This document shows, piece after piece, positions 21,202-32,145 of a DNA stretch of 64,000 nucleotides. Position 1 is the stretch's first letter; every line of letters starts with the position of its first letter. Source of the stretch: Nitrospirota bacterium (GTDB taxonomy: Bacteria; Nitrospirota; Thermodesulfovibrionia; Thermodesulfovibrionales; UBA9159); NCBI GenBank assembly GCA_963699545.1, contig CAVOUE010000004.1, positions 96,001 to 160,000 of the forward strand, read 5' to 3'. The position numbers and the translations under genes are program-made. The notes below the pieces were generated by a model. It was not told the DNA's origin. It saw only the letters and a list, made by a program, of their open reading frames with translations, and did no database searches.

Positions 21202-21425
21202 TTCTTGCCTCCTTTTTCATTCCCCCTCACTTTCTTTCGGCACCGTGGCAAAGAACATCCACCCCCGGGGAAGAGAGATACCATAATATCCGGCCTGTCC
21301 GGTGAACCAATGGAGGGGGATACGTCGGGTGCACCGGACAGGAGTGCCGGAACCATAGAGACTGCCGGAAAAAGAAGGAAAACGGCTGCATCGATCAGGG
21401 AAAGAACCTTTTCCATCATCGTCAT
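21198..21425 (-). CDS. Possible small hypothetical protein
   Basis: Strong RBS, ATGA overlap with DUF1059 gene; no recognisable motif. Confidence 0.3.
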   Translation of the reverse strand: MTMMEKVLSLIDAAVFLLFPAVSMVPALLSGAPDVSPSIGSPDRPDIMVSLFPGGGCSLPRCRKKVRGNEKGGKK

Positions 21426-21763
21426 CCGCCCTCCTTTCTCCGTTTCTTCTCGCTCTATCTAAGACTTATTTTATCCTATTTAAACGGTTTCGCATATCAG
21501 CAACAGACTGATTTTATTGTAGGCGTTTGTCCTACGGGATGTTTATAAATTGAGATACAAGCCATTTCGGCGGACAACCGATCGGACAGTTGTCCGTCAT
21601 TCCAACGCGCCAGGAATCTTTCTTTGAGGCGGTGAAGCGCACCGTGCGAAAGCACAGCGAATTCCCGTTCCCCTCTCAGCCGGAGGTTGGCAGGATACAG
21701 GCATAGAGAAGGGCCACAGCAGCGTGCCCGTTCCCTATGCCGCGATACGAACTCAACGAAAGT

Positions 21764-21826
21764 TCAACAGGACCCTTTACACTTGCAGGTGGTCGCCATT
21801 TTTTTAGTGACCTTTCGTATCTTCAT
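21764..21826 (-). CDS. 20-aa Lys/Cys micropeptide MKIRKVTKKMATTCKCKGSC
   Basis: Own promoter, RBS AAGGGGGTGA, downstream hairpin. Confidence 0.55.
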   Translation of the reverse strand: MKIRKVTKKMATTCKCKGSC

Positions 21827-21878
21827 ATATAATCATCACCCCCTTTTCATGCCTGAAGCAATCTGTCTCTCTGTTTTC

Positions 21879-21906
21879 AATATACCACAATCACAATCCA
21901 TGTCAA
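21879..21906 (-). promoter_or_regulatory. Sigma70 promoter for the micropeptide
   Basis: TTGACA-16 nt-TATATT with TG extension. Confidence 0.65.
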
Positions 21907-21928
21907 AAGGGAGAAGCCTGCTGTCTTG

Positions 21929-23353
21929 TCATCGGGGATTTAAGGCCATCAACCTCATTTCCGTCATCTCCTCGATGGCATATTTTATCCCTTCCCTGCC
22001 AAAGCCCGACATCTTCACGCCGCCATATGGCATGTGGTCCACACGGTAGGCAGGCACATCATTGATGATCACGCCGCCCACTTCGAGGTTCCCGAAGGCC
22101 GCGAAGGCATGTCTCAGGTTATTGGTGAACACTCCCGCCTGCAGGCCGTAGACGGAATCGTTGACAGATTTGAGACCGTCTTCAAAGGCGTTGATCTTTG
22201 TGATGGTCACCACCGGAGCGAACACTTCCATGCAACTCACCTTCATCCCGGGCGTTGTGTCGAGTACGACCGTCGGCTCATAAAAATTGCCGTTTCTTTT
22301 CCCGCCCGTGAGGACTTTTGCACCGGCGGCCATCGCCTCCCTCACCCATATCTCGACCCTCGCGAGATTGTCTTCGTCGATCATCGGACCCAAATGGTTC
22401 GAGGAGTCGAGGGGGTCGCCCATCTTCAACGCCTGAACCTTGGGAGCGAACATCCCGAGGAAATCATCATACACATCCTCATGGACGTAGATCCTCTGAA
22501 CCGATATGCAGACCTGGCCCGCGTAGGAGAAGGCGCCGCTCACACACCGTTGCACCGCGAATTCCAGGTCACAATCATTGTCTATGACTACCCCTGCGTT
22601 CCCTCCCAGTTCGAGGAGAACCTTCTTGTCATTTGCCAGTTTCTTGAGCTGCCACCCCACAGTGGCGCTCCCGGTGAAGCTCAGCACCTTGATCCTGTGG
22701 TCGGAGACCATGCCTTCGGCAATTTTCCCGGAGCACGGCAGTATGCTGACACCGCCCTCGGGAATGCCCGACTCCACCAGTATCTCGCCAAGCATCAAGG
22801 CACTGAGGGGAGTTTTTGACGCGGGCTTAAGAATGATGGGATTGCCTGCAGCAACGGCAGGGGCGATCTTGTGTACAACGAGGTTCAGGGGAAAATTGAA
22901 GGGCGTAATCCCCATGACCGGTCCGCAAGGAAAACGCCGTGTAATGCCCCATCTTCCTTCTGAAACAGGATTCCTGTCGAGGCTGATGAACTCCCCATTG
23001 ATGCGAGTTGCCTCTTCCGCCGCGATCCTGAAAGTGAGGGATGCCCTGTCCGTCTCACTTCTTGACTCGTTTATGGGCTTGCCGTTCTCGAGGGTAATAT
23101 TCCGCGCGATCTCTTCCCTTCGGGCCGAGATCTTTTCAGAGACCTTCTGGAGGATCTCCGCCTTCTGGTAAGAGGGAAGGCGCGCCATGGTCTCCCTTGC
23201 TCCCTCAGCCGCGTGCAAGGCCAGTTCCGCATGTTCGGAAGTCGCCCTGCAGACTTTCGCAACGGTCTGATTGTTGAACGGATTGATCACGTCCATAATA
23301 TCATCGCTCTCCCGCCACTGGCCGCCGATGAGCAAAGGGTACAAAGATTTCAT
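21929..23353 (-). CDS. NAD(P)-dependent aldehyde dehydrogenase
   Basis: ITPFNFP, FTGS, ELGGN, GQVCIS, EVFAP. Confidence 0.95.
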   Translation of the reverse strand: MKSLYPLLIGGQWRESDDIMDVINPFNNQTVAKVCRATSEHAELALHAAEGARETMARLPSYQKAEILQKVSEKISARREEIARNITLENGKPINESRSETDRASLTFRIAAEEATRINGEFISLDRNPVSEGRWGITRRFPCGPVMGITPFNFPLNLVVHKIAPAVAAGNPIILKPASKTPLSALMLGEILVESGIPEGGVSILPCSGKIAEGMVSDHRIKVLSFTGSATVGWQLKKLANDKKVLLELGGNAGVVIDNDCDLEFAVQRCVSGAFSYAGQVCISVQRIYVHEDVYDDFLGMFAPKVQALKMGDPLDSSNHLGPMIDEDNLARVEIWVREAMAAGAKVLTGGKRNGNFYEPTVVLDTTPGMKVSCMEVFAPVVTITKINAFEDGLKSVNDSVYGLQAGVFTNNLRHAFAAFGNLEVGGVIINDVPAYRVDHMPYGGVKMSGFGREGIKYAIEEMTEMRLMALNPR

Positions 23354-23467
23354 TACGCACCTCCTTCTTTCCTTTTAACAGAAAATGAAGGTGACTTCAA
23401 GCGGTGTATTTCAGGCCGGAGAGAAGTCGGGTTTTTTGATATAATCAAAAGAGGACGAAAGAAGAAA

Positions 23468-23555
23468 GTTCGAGGGAGCAGGGATTCAAGTGACTGAACC
23501 GATGATTCGCTGAGAGGTATGCCACTTGAACAATAGAACCCCCTGACCCTCGAAT
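23468..23555. repeat. Imperfect intergenic inverted repeat
   Basis: TTCGAGGG..CAGGG..TTCAAGTG versus CACTTGAA..CCCTG..CCCTCGAA. Confidence 0.5.
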
Positions 23556-23577
23556 CCCTTGAGAAGGAAAGGTATAC

Positions 23578-25985
23578 ATGATGAGGAAGATAGAATTGCC
23601 TGTAACCGGCATGACCTGTGCTGCCTGTGCTGCCGCAGTCGAGAATGATCTCCGCAAGATGGAGGGGATAAGCGGTGCAACGGTGAACTTTGCGTCCGAG
23701 AAGGCCACGGTGGAGATGGAAAAGTCTGTGGACCTGAACGCCATGATCGGGGCGGTAAAGGCCGGGGGATATGGCGTCCTGTCCAGCAGGGTGGACTTTG
23801 CGGTGCGGGGCATGACCTGTGCCGCATGCGTGGCTGCTGTGGAAAGCGCTCTCAGGGATCTCTACGGGGTCCTTAGGGTGACGGTAAACCTCGCCGCGGA
23901 GAGGGCGTCTGTGGAGTATATCTCCACCATCGTTGACTTCAATGATATCAAAAGAACCGTGAAGGATGCGGGATACGTCGCAGAACAGATAACCGGGGAG
24001 TATGTCGACAGAGAGAAGGAACAGCGTGAGAAGGAATTTTATGACATCAGGAACAAGCTCATCATCAGCGCATCGTTGTCCGTTCTTATTTTCATCGGAA
24101 GCATGATCTCCATCCCCGTCCTTTCCCTGTGGTCGGTCCTGTTCGTGCTTGCGACGCCCGTCCAGCTCTGGGCCGGCATGAGGTTTCACAAGGCGGCATG
24201 GGCAGCCATAAAGCATAAGACAACGAACATGAATACCCTCATCAGTGTAGGGACCTTTGCCGCATACCTCTACAGCGCCCTTGCTACCTTTGTCCCCGTG
24301 CTCTTTCTAAAAGGCGGCATCGCACCTGATGTCTATTACGACACATCAGCGACCATCATCACTCTCATTCTTCTGGGCAGGCTTCTGGAGGCAAAGGCAA
24401 AGGGAAGGACGTCCGAGGCGATCAAGAGGCTCATGAAGCTCCAGCCCAGGACGGCAAGGGTCCTCAGGGGCAGTGAAGAAAAAGAGATCCTCATAGAAGA
24501 GGTGACGGTGGGAGACATCGTGGTGCTGAGGCCGGGAGAACGGATACCGGTGGACGGCGAAATACTCGAGGGGTATTCCACGGTGGATGAATCCATGCTC
24601 ACCGGGGAGAGTCTCCCCATGGAGAAATCTGCGGGGGACAGGATCTTCGGGGGGACCATTAATAAGGTGGGGAGCTTCAAACTCCGTGCCTTGAGGATCG
24701 GGAAAGAGACTGCCCTTGGGCAGATCATAAGGCTTGTTGAAGAAGCCCAGGGAAGCAAGGCCCCGATCCAGCGGCTCGCGGACAAGGTGGCATCCATATT
24801 TGTGCCCGTGGTGATATCCCTGGCGGGAATCACCTTCATCACCTGGTATCTTCTGGGTCCAAAACCTTCCTTTACCATCAGTCTTATGAATTTCATCGCA
24901 GTTCTTATTATCGCCTGTCCCTGTTCCCTTGGCCTTGCGACACCTACTGCGATCATGGTGGGTACAGGGAAAGGGGCTGAGAAGGGGATACTGATACGGG
25001 ATGCAGGGGCCCTTGAACTCTCCCACAGGATACAGGCCATCGTCCTGGACAAGACCGGTACTATCACCAGGGGGGAGCCCGAGGTGGTGGAGATCATCGC
25101 GGGTAACGGTTTTTCTGCGAATGAGGTTTTACGGTATGCCGCATCCGCGGAAAGGACATCCGAGCATCCCCTCGGGCAGGCCATCGTCAGAAAGGCCGCT
25201 GAACAGGGGGTAGCGTGTGAAGAGCCGGGGGAGTTCACGGCGATACCCGGTGGCGGCGTCAGGGCCCTGGTGAACGGCTCACGAGTATTCATCGGGAATC
25301 TCGCGCTTATGGAAAGGGAGGGGATTGATGTCTCTTCCATGAAGAGTTTTGAGGAACTATATCCTCAGAGGGCAGGACACCAGTGTTTGTGGCCGTCGAC
25401 AACACAGTGGGTGCGATCTTTGCCATCGCGGACACCATAAAGGAGGGTTCTGCGGATGCGGTGAGGGAGTTAAAAGAAATGGGCATCGAGGTCTCGATGC
25501 TGACCGGCGACCATAAGAACACCGCTGAAGCCATTGCGAAGATCGTGGGAGTTGACAGAGTCTTTGCCGAGGTCTTCCCAGAGCAGAAGGTGGAGGTGGT
25601 GAAGGCGCTGAAGAAAGAGGGAAAGATAACGGCCATGGTTGGGGACGGAATAAATGATGCCCCCGCCCTCGCAGAGGCGGATGTGGGCATAGCCATAGGG
25701 ACCGGGACCGACATCGCAATTGAAGCATCGGACATAACCCTGATCAAAGGAGACCTCAGGAGCGTTGTTGAAGCGATAAGGCTGAGCAGGCTGACATTGC
25801 GGACCATCAAGCAGAACCTCTTCTGGGCGTTCTTCTACAATGTGGTCGGGATCCCGGTCGCAGCGGGTGTGCTCTATCCCTTTGGAGGGCCGCTCCTGAA
25901 CCCTATGATAGCCTCGGCAGCCATGGCCTTCAGTTCGGTGTCGGTGGTGAGCAATTCGCTGAGGTTGAGGAGGAAGAAGCTGTGA
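23578..25985 (+). CDS. copA: Cu(I)-translocating P1B-type ATPase (frameshift near 25360)
   Basis: Two GMTCAAC domains, [25 protein letters not shown]. Confidence 0.93.
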
Positions 25986-26176
25986 AAATCGACGGAAGAG
26001 ATAGGAAAGACTGTCTCAAAATCTTTATAATCGACTGATATTGAAATGGCAAATGTTATTGCCTTAATGTTTGCAGGATCATCGTTTTGTCCTAAGAGTT
26101 TTTTTTATAAGGTGTCGTATAAAGATTTCTCGTCAGCCTTTCCTATCAATAAAGCATCATTGGAGGTGATTTTCTG

Positions 26177-27812
26177 ATGAAAGTTGTCAACGCGCAGGAA
26201 ATGCAGGAGATAGACAGAAAGACTATTCGGCAATTCGGTGTCCCCGGGCGCGTTCTGATGGAGCGGGCCGGTGTGGTGGTTGCAAAAAGAGTGATGGAGC
26301 TCTTCGATAGGAAAAAGACCATTGTTCTTGCCGGAGGCGGAAACAACGGCGGTGACGGTCTTGTTGTGGCGAGAGAGTTATTCAATGCTCAGTGGAAGGT
26401 GAAGGTCCTGTTCCTCGCGAAGGAAGATAAACTGAGCCCCGACTGCCGTTTGCAGTTCAGGATCGCAGAACAGATGGGAGTGCCTGTTGAATTCAGGACA
26501 CAGATAACAGGAGCTGATCTTCACGGAGCGGTGGTGGTGGATGCACTGCTGGGTACGGGGTTGAACAAGGATATCGGAGGAGCAATGGCCAGGAGCATCA
26601 TGTTCCTCAATGACTCCGGTTCACCGGTGCTGAGTGTGGACATTCCCTCAGGGGTATCATCGGACTCCGGACAGGTGATGGGCGTTGCGGTGAAGGCTGC
26701 CTGCACGGTCACCTTTGGACTGCCAAAGAGGGGACATCTTCTCCATCCGGGGGCTGATCATACCGGAAGGCTCTTCATCGAGGATATAGGGTTTCCCGAA
26801 GACGTCCTCACGTCAGATGAACTCAAGGTGGAACTCCTGGAGAAGGACGCCCTCTCACATCTCGTTCCCGAAAGGCCGAGGTACTCGCACAAGGGAGATT
26901 ACGGTCATGTCCTCGTTGTAGCCGGATCGAGGGGCAAGACAGGGGCGGCGTTCATGGCGGCAAAGGCATGTTTGAGATCGGGCGCGGGACTCGTCACCCT
27001 TGGCGTCCCTGAGTCCCTCATGGATGTTTTTCAGGGCCGTGTGACCGAGGAGATGACCCTTCCTCTCCCTGACAGGGGAGACGGCACCCTTTCGTCACGT
27101 GCAGAGGATACGATCCTGAGGTTCCTGGCGGAAAAAGCGGATGTGTTATGCATCGGTCCCGGGATCGGGGTCTCGGATGAAACAGGGAAGCTCATGGCAG
27201 ATATCATTCTCTCCTCAAGGGCCCCTCTGGTGGTTGACGCTGACGGCATTAATTCATTGAGTGAGGCAACAGGGAAAGGGCAGGGGGCGCGGGAGATACT
27301 GAAAAAGGCCCATTCCCCTGTAATTCTGACTCCCCATCCCGGAGAAATGGCGCGGCTGCTCCAGGGGGCAAGGGGCAAACAGCAGGGAGGAAAGAGAAGG
27401 GCAACTGCAGGCTTCCCGCTTCGGCGGGTCGCCCGAGGTGGCAACCTGCGCGATGCAATAGAAAAGGACCGGATCAGCGCGGCAGTGAACTTCTCGAAGG
27501 AAGCCGCTCTCTATCTCATCCTCAAGGGTGTCCCCACGATCGTTACCGAACCGGAAGGCAGGGCATATATCAATCCCACGGGTAACCCCGGCATGGCTAC
27601 GGCCGGTGCAGGAGGACGTGCTTGCCGGCATGGTCTCGTCCTTTCTTGCACAAGGATTAGATCCCCTGAACTCGGCAATGCTCGGCGTGTTCATGCATGG
27701 CCTCGCGGGGGATCTCGCTGCTCAGGAGAAGGGCATGCATCCCCTCATCTCATCCGACATCATCGATGCACTGCCCGCCGCCTTTAGATCCATGGGGAAT
27801 GATGGAGCATAA
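26177..27812 (+). CDS. nnr: Bifunctional NAD(P)HX epimerase/dehydratase (frameshift near 27613)
   Basis: GNNGGDG, HKGDYG, TPHPGEM, ATAG.GDVLAG. Confidence 0.92.
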
Positions 27813-27878
27813 CAAATTCTTTAGGACAGGTGAGCTCACATAGAAACCCTCATCTTTCCCGAGGTCTTCGGCAGCAGG

Positions 27879-28517
27879 GTGAAGGCGTTCTTTACCGGGA
27901 AAATACCTGGTGCGGATCCGCAGCGCATATCAGAAATCGCCTCAGTCAGTAGACAGAATGTCTACTTTCCGATCCAGAAACATACCGACAAAATACTTCT
28001 GCTCGATTCCTTTGAACCAAGGATAGGAGATGCAGTGATCACAGACAGAAAAGGCGTGGTGATCGGAGTTCAGGGCGCGGACTGCGTCCCCATCCTTCTC
28101 TACGACAAAAGGACACATGCAACAGGGGCCGTCCACGCAGGGTGGCGCGGGACCGCGGCGGCGATACTTAAGAAGACGGTAAGGGCGATGGGAGAGAGAT
28201 TTTCTTCGTCGCCTTCCGATATCGTCATTGCCCTTGGTCCGGCGATCCGGTGGTGCTGTTACGGCGTTGGCTATGAGGTGGTTGAAGCAGTGGAGAAGGC
28301 TACCGGCACAGGTGACTATTTCACGATGAAGGGGGAAAAATACTGTCTCGACCTTCCATCGGCTAACCGGTATCAGGCCTTCTCAGCAGGTGTCCTGCCG
28401 GAAAATATCTGGATGTCGGATGACTGCACCTCTTGTCAGAATGAAAAATATTATTCACACCGCGTTGCGAAAGGGGCACCGGGGAGACAGGGAGGGTTCA
28501 TAGGCGTTGTCCGGTAA
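27879..28517 (+). CDS. pgeF: YfiH/PgeF family protein
   Basis: ADCVPILL, HAGWRG, YYSHR; start uncertain. Confidence 0.9.
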   Translation: MKAFFTGKIPGADPQRISEIASVSRQNVYFPIQKHTDKILLLDSFEPRIGDAVITDRKGVVIGVQGADCVPILLYDKRTHATGAVHAGWRGTAAAILKKTVRAMGERFSSSPSDIVIALGPAIRWCCYGVGYEVVEAVEKATGTGDYFTMKGEKYCLDLPSANRYQAFSAGVLPENIWMSDDCTSCQNEKYYSHRVAKGAPGRQGGFIGVVR

Positions 28518-28528
28518 AGGGTCGGCTT

Positions 28529-28726
28529 TTATTCTCTTTTGCTCAACACCTGTATCGCTAAAGGGACTGTGCTGATCGCTCCAATAATCAAAAGTGTCCA
28601 CCCTAGAGTTCTTCTCTGATCATCATTCAGTCTATTTGCCAATAACAGACCGGCCCCTGCTCCCAGCATGCCGCGTGTACCCGCTATAAGGGCGATTTCC
28701 GGTAATGTTAATGCCGCTTTCTTCAT
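28529..28726 (-). CDS. Small two-TM membrane protein
   Basis: RBS AAGGAGG; IAGTRGMLGAGAGLLLA. Confidence 0.75.
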   Translation of the reverse strand: MKKAALTLPEIALIAGTRGMLGAGAGLLLANRLNDDQRRTLGWTLLIIGAISTVPLAIQVLSKRE

Positions 28727-28943
28727 AGTTCCTCCTTCGATAATGTAATAGTACCAGTTCCTTGACGTGATGGCTACGGTACGATAGCGTGCACTTGAAA
28801 AAATGTTACTGGTCGATATTCCGATGAGAAATGCCCACGAGGGGTGGGTTTCCATGCCCGCGGTTCTCAGGTGATAGTGGACATTACAGCGGGAAGAGAA
28901 GTCCAGACTGTGGAAAGTGCCTGCACGTTGCTCTGAAGAAGCT

Positions 28944-29453
28944 TTATCCGGCCCATGGCATCCTGGAATAGATTTCAGTCAATTTGTCACGATACTCCCG
29001 AAAGAAACGTTCGTGCCTTTTTTCCCAATCAGAGAGCATGGTAAGCGCCTCTCTGGCCTTCCCTTCTGTCTGACGTGCCATCTTTTCATAGAAGTCGCTC
29101 AGATCCTTCTCAATCAGCCAGGCCACGCTGAAAATGGTGATATCGGTAACCATCGATTCATACAGGCGCTGCTGAAGAAATTCCGATCTGGCCCGCTCAT
29201 CAAAGAAATTCGTCCTGCCGAGGTCAACGTCCTTCGCTATCTTCACGTCATCCAGGGTTCCACGCTTCAGCGCGGCGAGGATCTCCTTGATAAAGAGGAT
29301 ATGCCGCTCTTCCTCCTTGATCAACAGCTCAAAGGCACTTATCGCATCTCCCCATGCCATTCGTTGAAGAGAAGTCTGGAAAAAGCTCTTGCCGGTCTCC
29401 TCCTGGTTTAGTGCATATTCGAAAATCCTCATCAGTTGCTGATTGGCTGGCAC
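28944..29453 (-). CDS. Ferritin-like (rubrerythrin family) protein
   Basis: EERH and EKRH diiron motifs. Confidence 0.85.
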   Translation of the reverse strand: MPANQQLMRIFEYALNQEETGKSFFQTSLQRMAWGDAISAFELLIKEEERHILFIKEILAALKRGTLDDVKIAKDVDLGRTNFFDERARSEFLQQRLYESMVTDITIFSVAWLIEKDLSDFYEKMARQTEGKAREALTMLSDWEKRHERFFREYRDKLTEIYSRMPWAG

Positions 29454-29711
29454 GGCGTCCTCCTTTTAAGACGGTTCTTGTTTAGCTTAGTTCTTATGCA
29501 GGGAAAAATCAAATTCTGTATCCCTCAGACGTCTCCCATGATTCAAACGTATGTCCACCCTCATTATATCAGAACATCAGATCGGCCTTGATGACCCATG
29601 CAACCCGAAATTATTGTCCGGCATCTGTTCTCGGGTGGCTGATTTGTTGTATGATGTAGAAAGGATTTCTCTCACGGCTATGATAGTTCACCTCAATACG
29701 ATAAAGGAGTA

Positions 29712-30173
29712 ATGATGCTCAAGGCAAAGGACATAATGACGAAGGATGTGATCACGGTTTTGCCGGACGCCACGGTGGAGGAGCTGGGAAGGCTCTTCAT
29801 CGAGAAACAGATTAGCGGCGCACCGGTGGTGGATACGGCGGGAAAGCTTCTCGGCGTCGTGACCGAAAATGACCTCATCAGCAAGAACAGCAGGCTCCAT
29901 ATCCCCACGGTCCTACGACTCTTTGACGCGTTCATTCCCCTGGGCGCCGGCAAGCTGGAAAGGGAGATGAGGAAGATGACCGCGTCCACCGTGAGCGAGG
30001 TCTGCGTGAAAAGGGTTGTGACCATCGATGAAGAGACCCCGATCGACGAAATCGCCACCATCATGAACGAAAAGAAGATCCATCTCCTTCCCGTGGTGAA
30101 AGCGGGGAGAATAGTGGGAATCATTGGCAAGAAAGACCTTATCAGGGGCATTGCCGGTGAAAATCCTGAGTAA
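29712..30173 (+). CDS. CBS-domain protein
   Basis: DIMT, ISGAPVVD, LPVV..GIIG. Confidence 0.92.
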   Translation: MMLKAKDIMTKDVITVLPDATVEELGRLFIEKQISGAPVVDTAGKLLGVVTENDLISKNSRLHIPTVLRLFDAFIPLGAGKLEREMRKMTASTVSEVCVKRVVTIDEETPIDEIATIMNEKKIHLLPVVKAGRIVGIIGKKDLIRGIAGENPE

Positions 30174-30606
30174 CGGGCCCGAGGAAACGTTCAGGTGCGG
30201 CTTTACTTTGGGAAAGCGCCTCAGGAAGGGAGATACGGTCTGTCTTTTCGGGGAACTGGGAGCAGGCAAGACTACGTTCGTGAAGGGCATTGCCTCGGCG
30301 TTGGGCATTCCTGAGAGGGAGGTCACCAGCGCCAGTTTCACCATTATTGCGGAATATACGGGAACCGTGAATGAAGCTTGTCTGCCTTTCTACCATATCG
30401 ACCTTTACCGGCTTCACGGAGCTGGTGAACTTGATTCCACCGGCATAGAGGAGTATATTGGTAAGGACGGAATTTCGGTCGTCGAGTGGGCCGAGAGACT
30501 GGGCGGGGTGGAAGGCTCTGTATCTGTGAAGTTTGCCATAGTGGCCGAGGACAAAAGGGAGATCACCATCGAGGGAATGGATGAAGCGGATCGGAATAAT
30601 CTGTAA
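30157..30606 (+). CDS. tsaE: t6A biosynthesis ATPase TsaE
   Basis: GELGAGKT, HIDLYR, VEWAE. Confidence 0.95.
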   Translation: MKILSNGPEETFRCGFTLGKRLRKGDTVCLFGELGAGKTTFVKGIASALGIPEREVTSASFTIIAEYTGTVNEACLPFYHIDLYRLHGAGELDSTGIEEYIGKDGISVVEWAERLGGVEGSVSVKFAIVAEDKREITIEGMDEADRNNL

Positions 30607-31432
30607 GACCGGGCGACCTGAAGCTGTTGAGATCCTTCGGGAGCTTCTGCCGTGGCTCAGAGAGAAGGGCGCAGAGGTCTTTATTGATATCGAGACCGCC
30701 CGATCCCTTGACGTAAAGGGGTATCCGCGTCCCGAAATACCGCCCCTCTCTGAAGCGGTGGTGGTGTTCGGCGGCGACGGGACCATGCTCTCCGTTGCCC
30801 GGATCGCCTGCGAAAAGGATATCCCCATTCTGGGCGTAAACCTGGGAGGCCTTGGGTTCATAACCGAAGTCCAGAGGACCGAGGTGTTTGACGCCATGGA
30901 AGGGATACTCTCCGGGCAAAGCGTGATTGAAGAACGTCTCATGCTCACCGCCTCTGTCCACAGGCACGGTGAAAAGATCGCTGAATATACGGCGCTCAAC
31001 GATGTGGTGATCAATAAGGGGGCCCTCGCAAGGATCATAGAGATGGAGACCCTCGTTGACAGGATGTATGTCACCTCCTTCAGGGCCGACGGATTGATCG
31101 TGGCCACTCCCACGGGCTCCACAGCATACAATCTTTCAGCGGGCGGTCCTATTCTCTACCCCGCCATGGATTGTGTCGTCCTTACGCCCATCTGTCCCCA
31201 CACGCTTACCAACAGACCCATTGTTCTTCCGGACAGTGTGCGGGTGGAGGTTACTCTGAAGTCTCCTGCAGAGGACGTCTTCCTCACCCTTGACGGTCAG
31301 GTGGGATTCTCGATGCGGCAGAACGATACCATTGTGATAGAGAAATCGCCGTTCAAGACGAAGCTCCTTATCCCGCGTGAGAGGAACTTCTTCCAAGTAT
31401 TGAGAAGGAAATTGAAATGGGGAGAACGGTGA
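30581..31432 (+). CDS. nadK: NAD kinase
   Basis: GGDGT, ALND, TPTGSTAYNLSAGG. Confidence 0.96.
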   Translation: MKRIGIICKTGRPEAVEILRELLPWLREKGAEVFIDIETARSLDVKGYPRPEIPPLSEAVVVFGGDGTMLSVARIACEKDIPILGVNLGGLGFITEVQRTEVFDAMEGILSGQSVIEERLMLTASVHRHGEKIAEYTALNDVVINKGALARIIEMETLVDRMYVTSFRADGLIVATPTGSTAYNLSAGGPILYPAMDCVVLTPICPHTLTNRPIVLPDSVRVEVTLKSPAEDVFLTLDGQVGFSMRQNDTIVIEKSPFKTKLLIPRERNFFQVLRRKLKWGER

Positions 31433-32145
31433 ACATTGCAGAGGACATAAAGACGCTCCTGCAGTTCTGCCAGTCCCTGGGGTTTGAGAGGCTGCCGATA
31501 CACATTGAAAAGAAGGGGTCAAGGGGGACAGTCTCCGAGCGCCGTATGCCCTACCATGTGCGAACCTCAGAACACGTTTCTGAAGATAACAAAGGTGCGC
31601 TCGCAGCGTTACGTGAAGAGATCGGGGACTGTCAGAGGTGCAAGCTCTCAAAGGGAAGGACCAATATCGTATTCGGCGAAGGCAACTGTGAGGCCGCGCT
31701 GATGTTCATAGGGGAAGGGCCGGGAGAAGATGAGGACATACAGGCCAGACCGTTTGTGGGCAAGGCCGGGCAAACGCTGAGGAGCCTCATCAGGAAGATG
31801 GGGATGAAGGAATCCGATGTCTATATCGCAAACGTCGTCAAATGCAGGCCTCCGGCAAACAGGACGCCGCTGCCTGAGGAGATCGCGACCTGCATCCCTT
31901 TTTTGCAAAAACAGATCGAGATCATATCCCCCAGAATCATCATGCTGCTCGGGAATGTTGCCCTGCAGGGGGTCATGAGCAATCCACACCTGCGGATTAC
32001 CGCAATGAGAGGTACATTCATTGACTATGAAGGGATCAAGGTAATGCCCACCTTTCATCCTTCCTATCTCCTGAGAAATCCGAAAGACAAATGGCTTGTC
32101 TGGGAGGACGCCCAGAAGGTCATCGGAATGCTGGGGGAAGGATGA
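31429..32145 (+). CDS. udg: Family-4 uracil-DNA glycosylase
   Basis: CQRC, GEGPG, KCRPP, FHPS. Confidence 0.93.
   Translation: MNIAEDIKTLLQFCQSLGFERLPIHIEKKGSRGTVSERRMPYHVRTSEHVSEDNKGALAALREEIGDCQRCKLSKGRTNIVFGEGNCEAALMFIGEGPGEDEDIQARPFVGKAGQTLRSLIRKMGMKESDVYIANVVKCRPPANRTPLPEEIATCIPFLQKQIEIISPRIIMLLGNVALQGVMSNPHLRITAMRGTFIDYEGIKVMPTFHPSYLLRNPKDKWLVWEDAQKVIGMLGEG

Noticed and set aside
21570-21780. Degenerate RNase P RNA (GCGGTGAAGCGCACC, ACAGGACCC resemblance)
   Set aside because: No GAGGAAAGTCC and no P4 pairing; similarity is too fragmentary
25340-25440. Programmed frameshift in copA like E. coli CopA(Z)
   Set aside because: The break is in the ATP-binding region, not after the first metal-binding domain, and there is no slippery heptamer; fits the general indel noise
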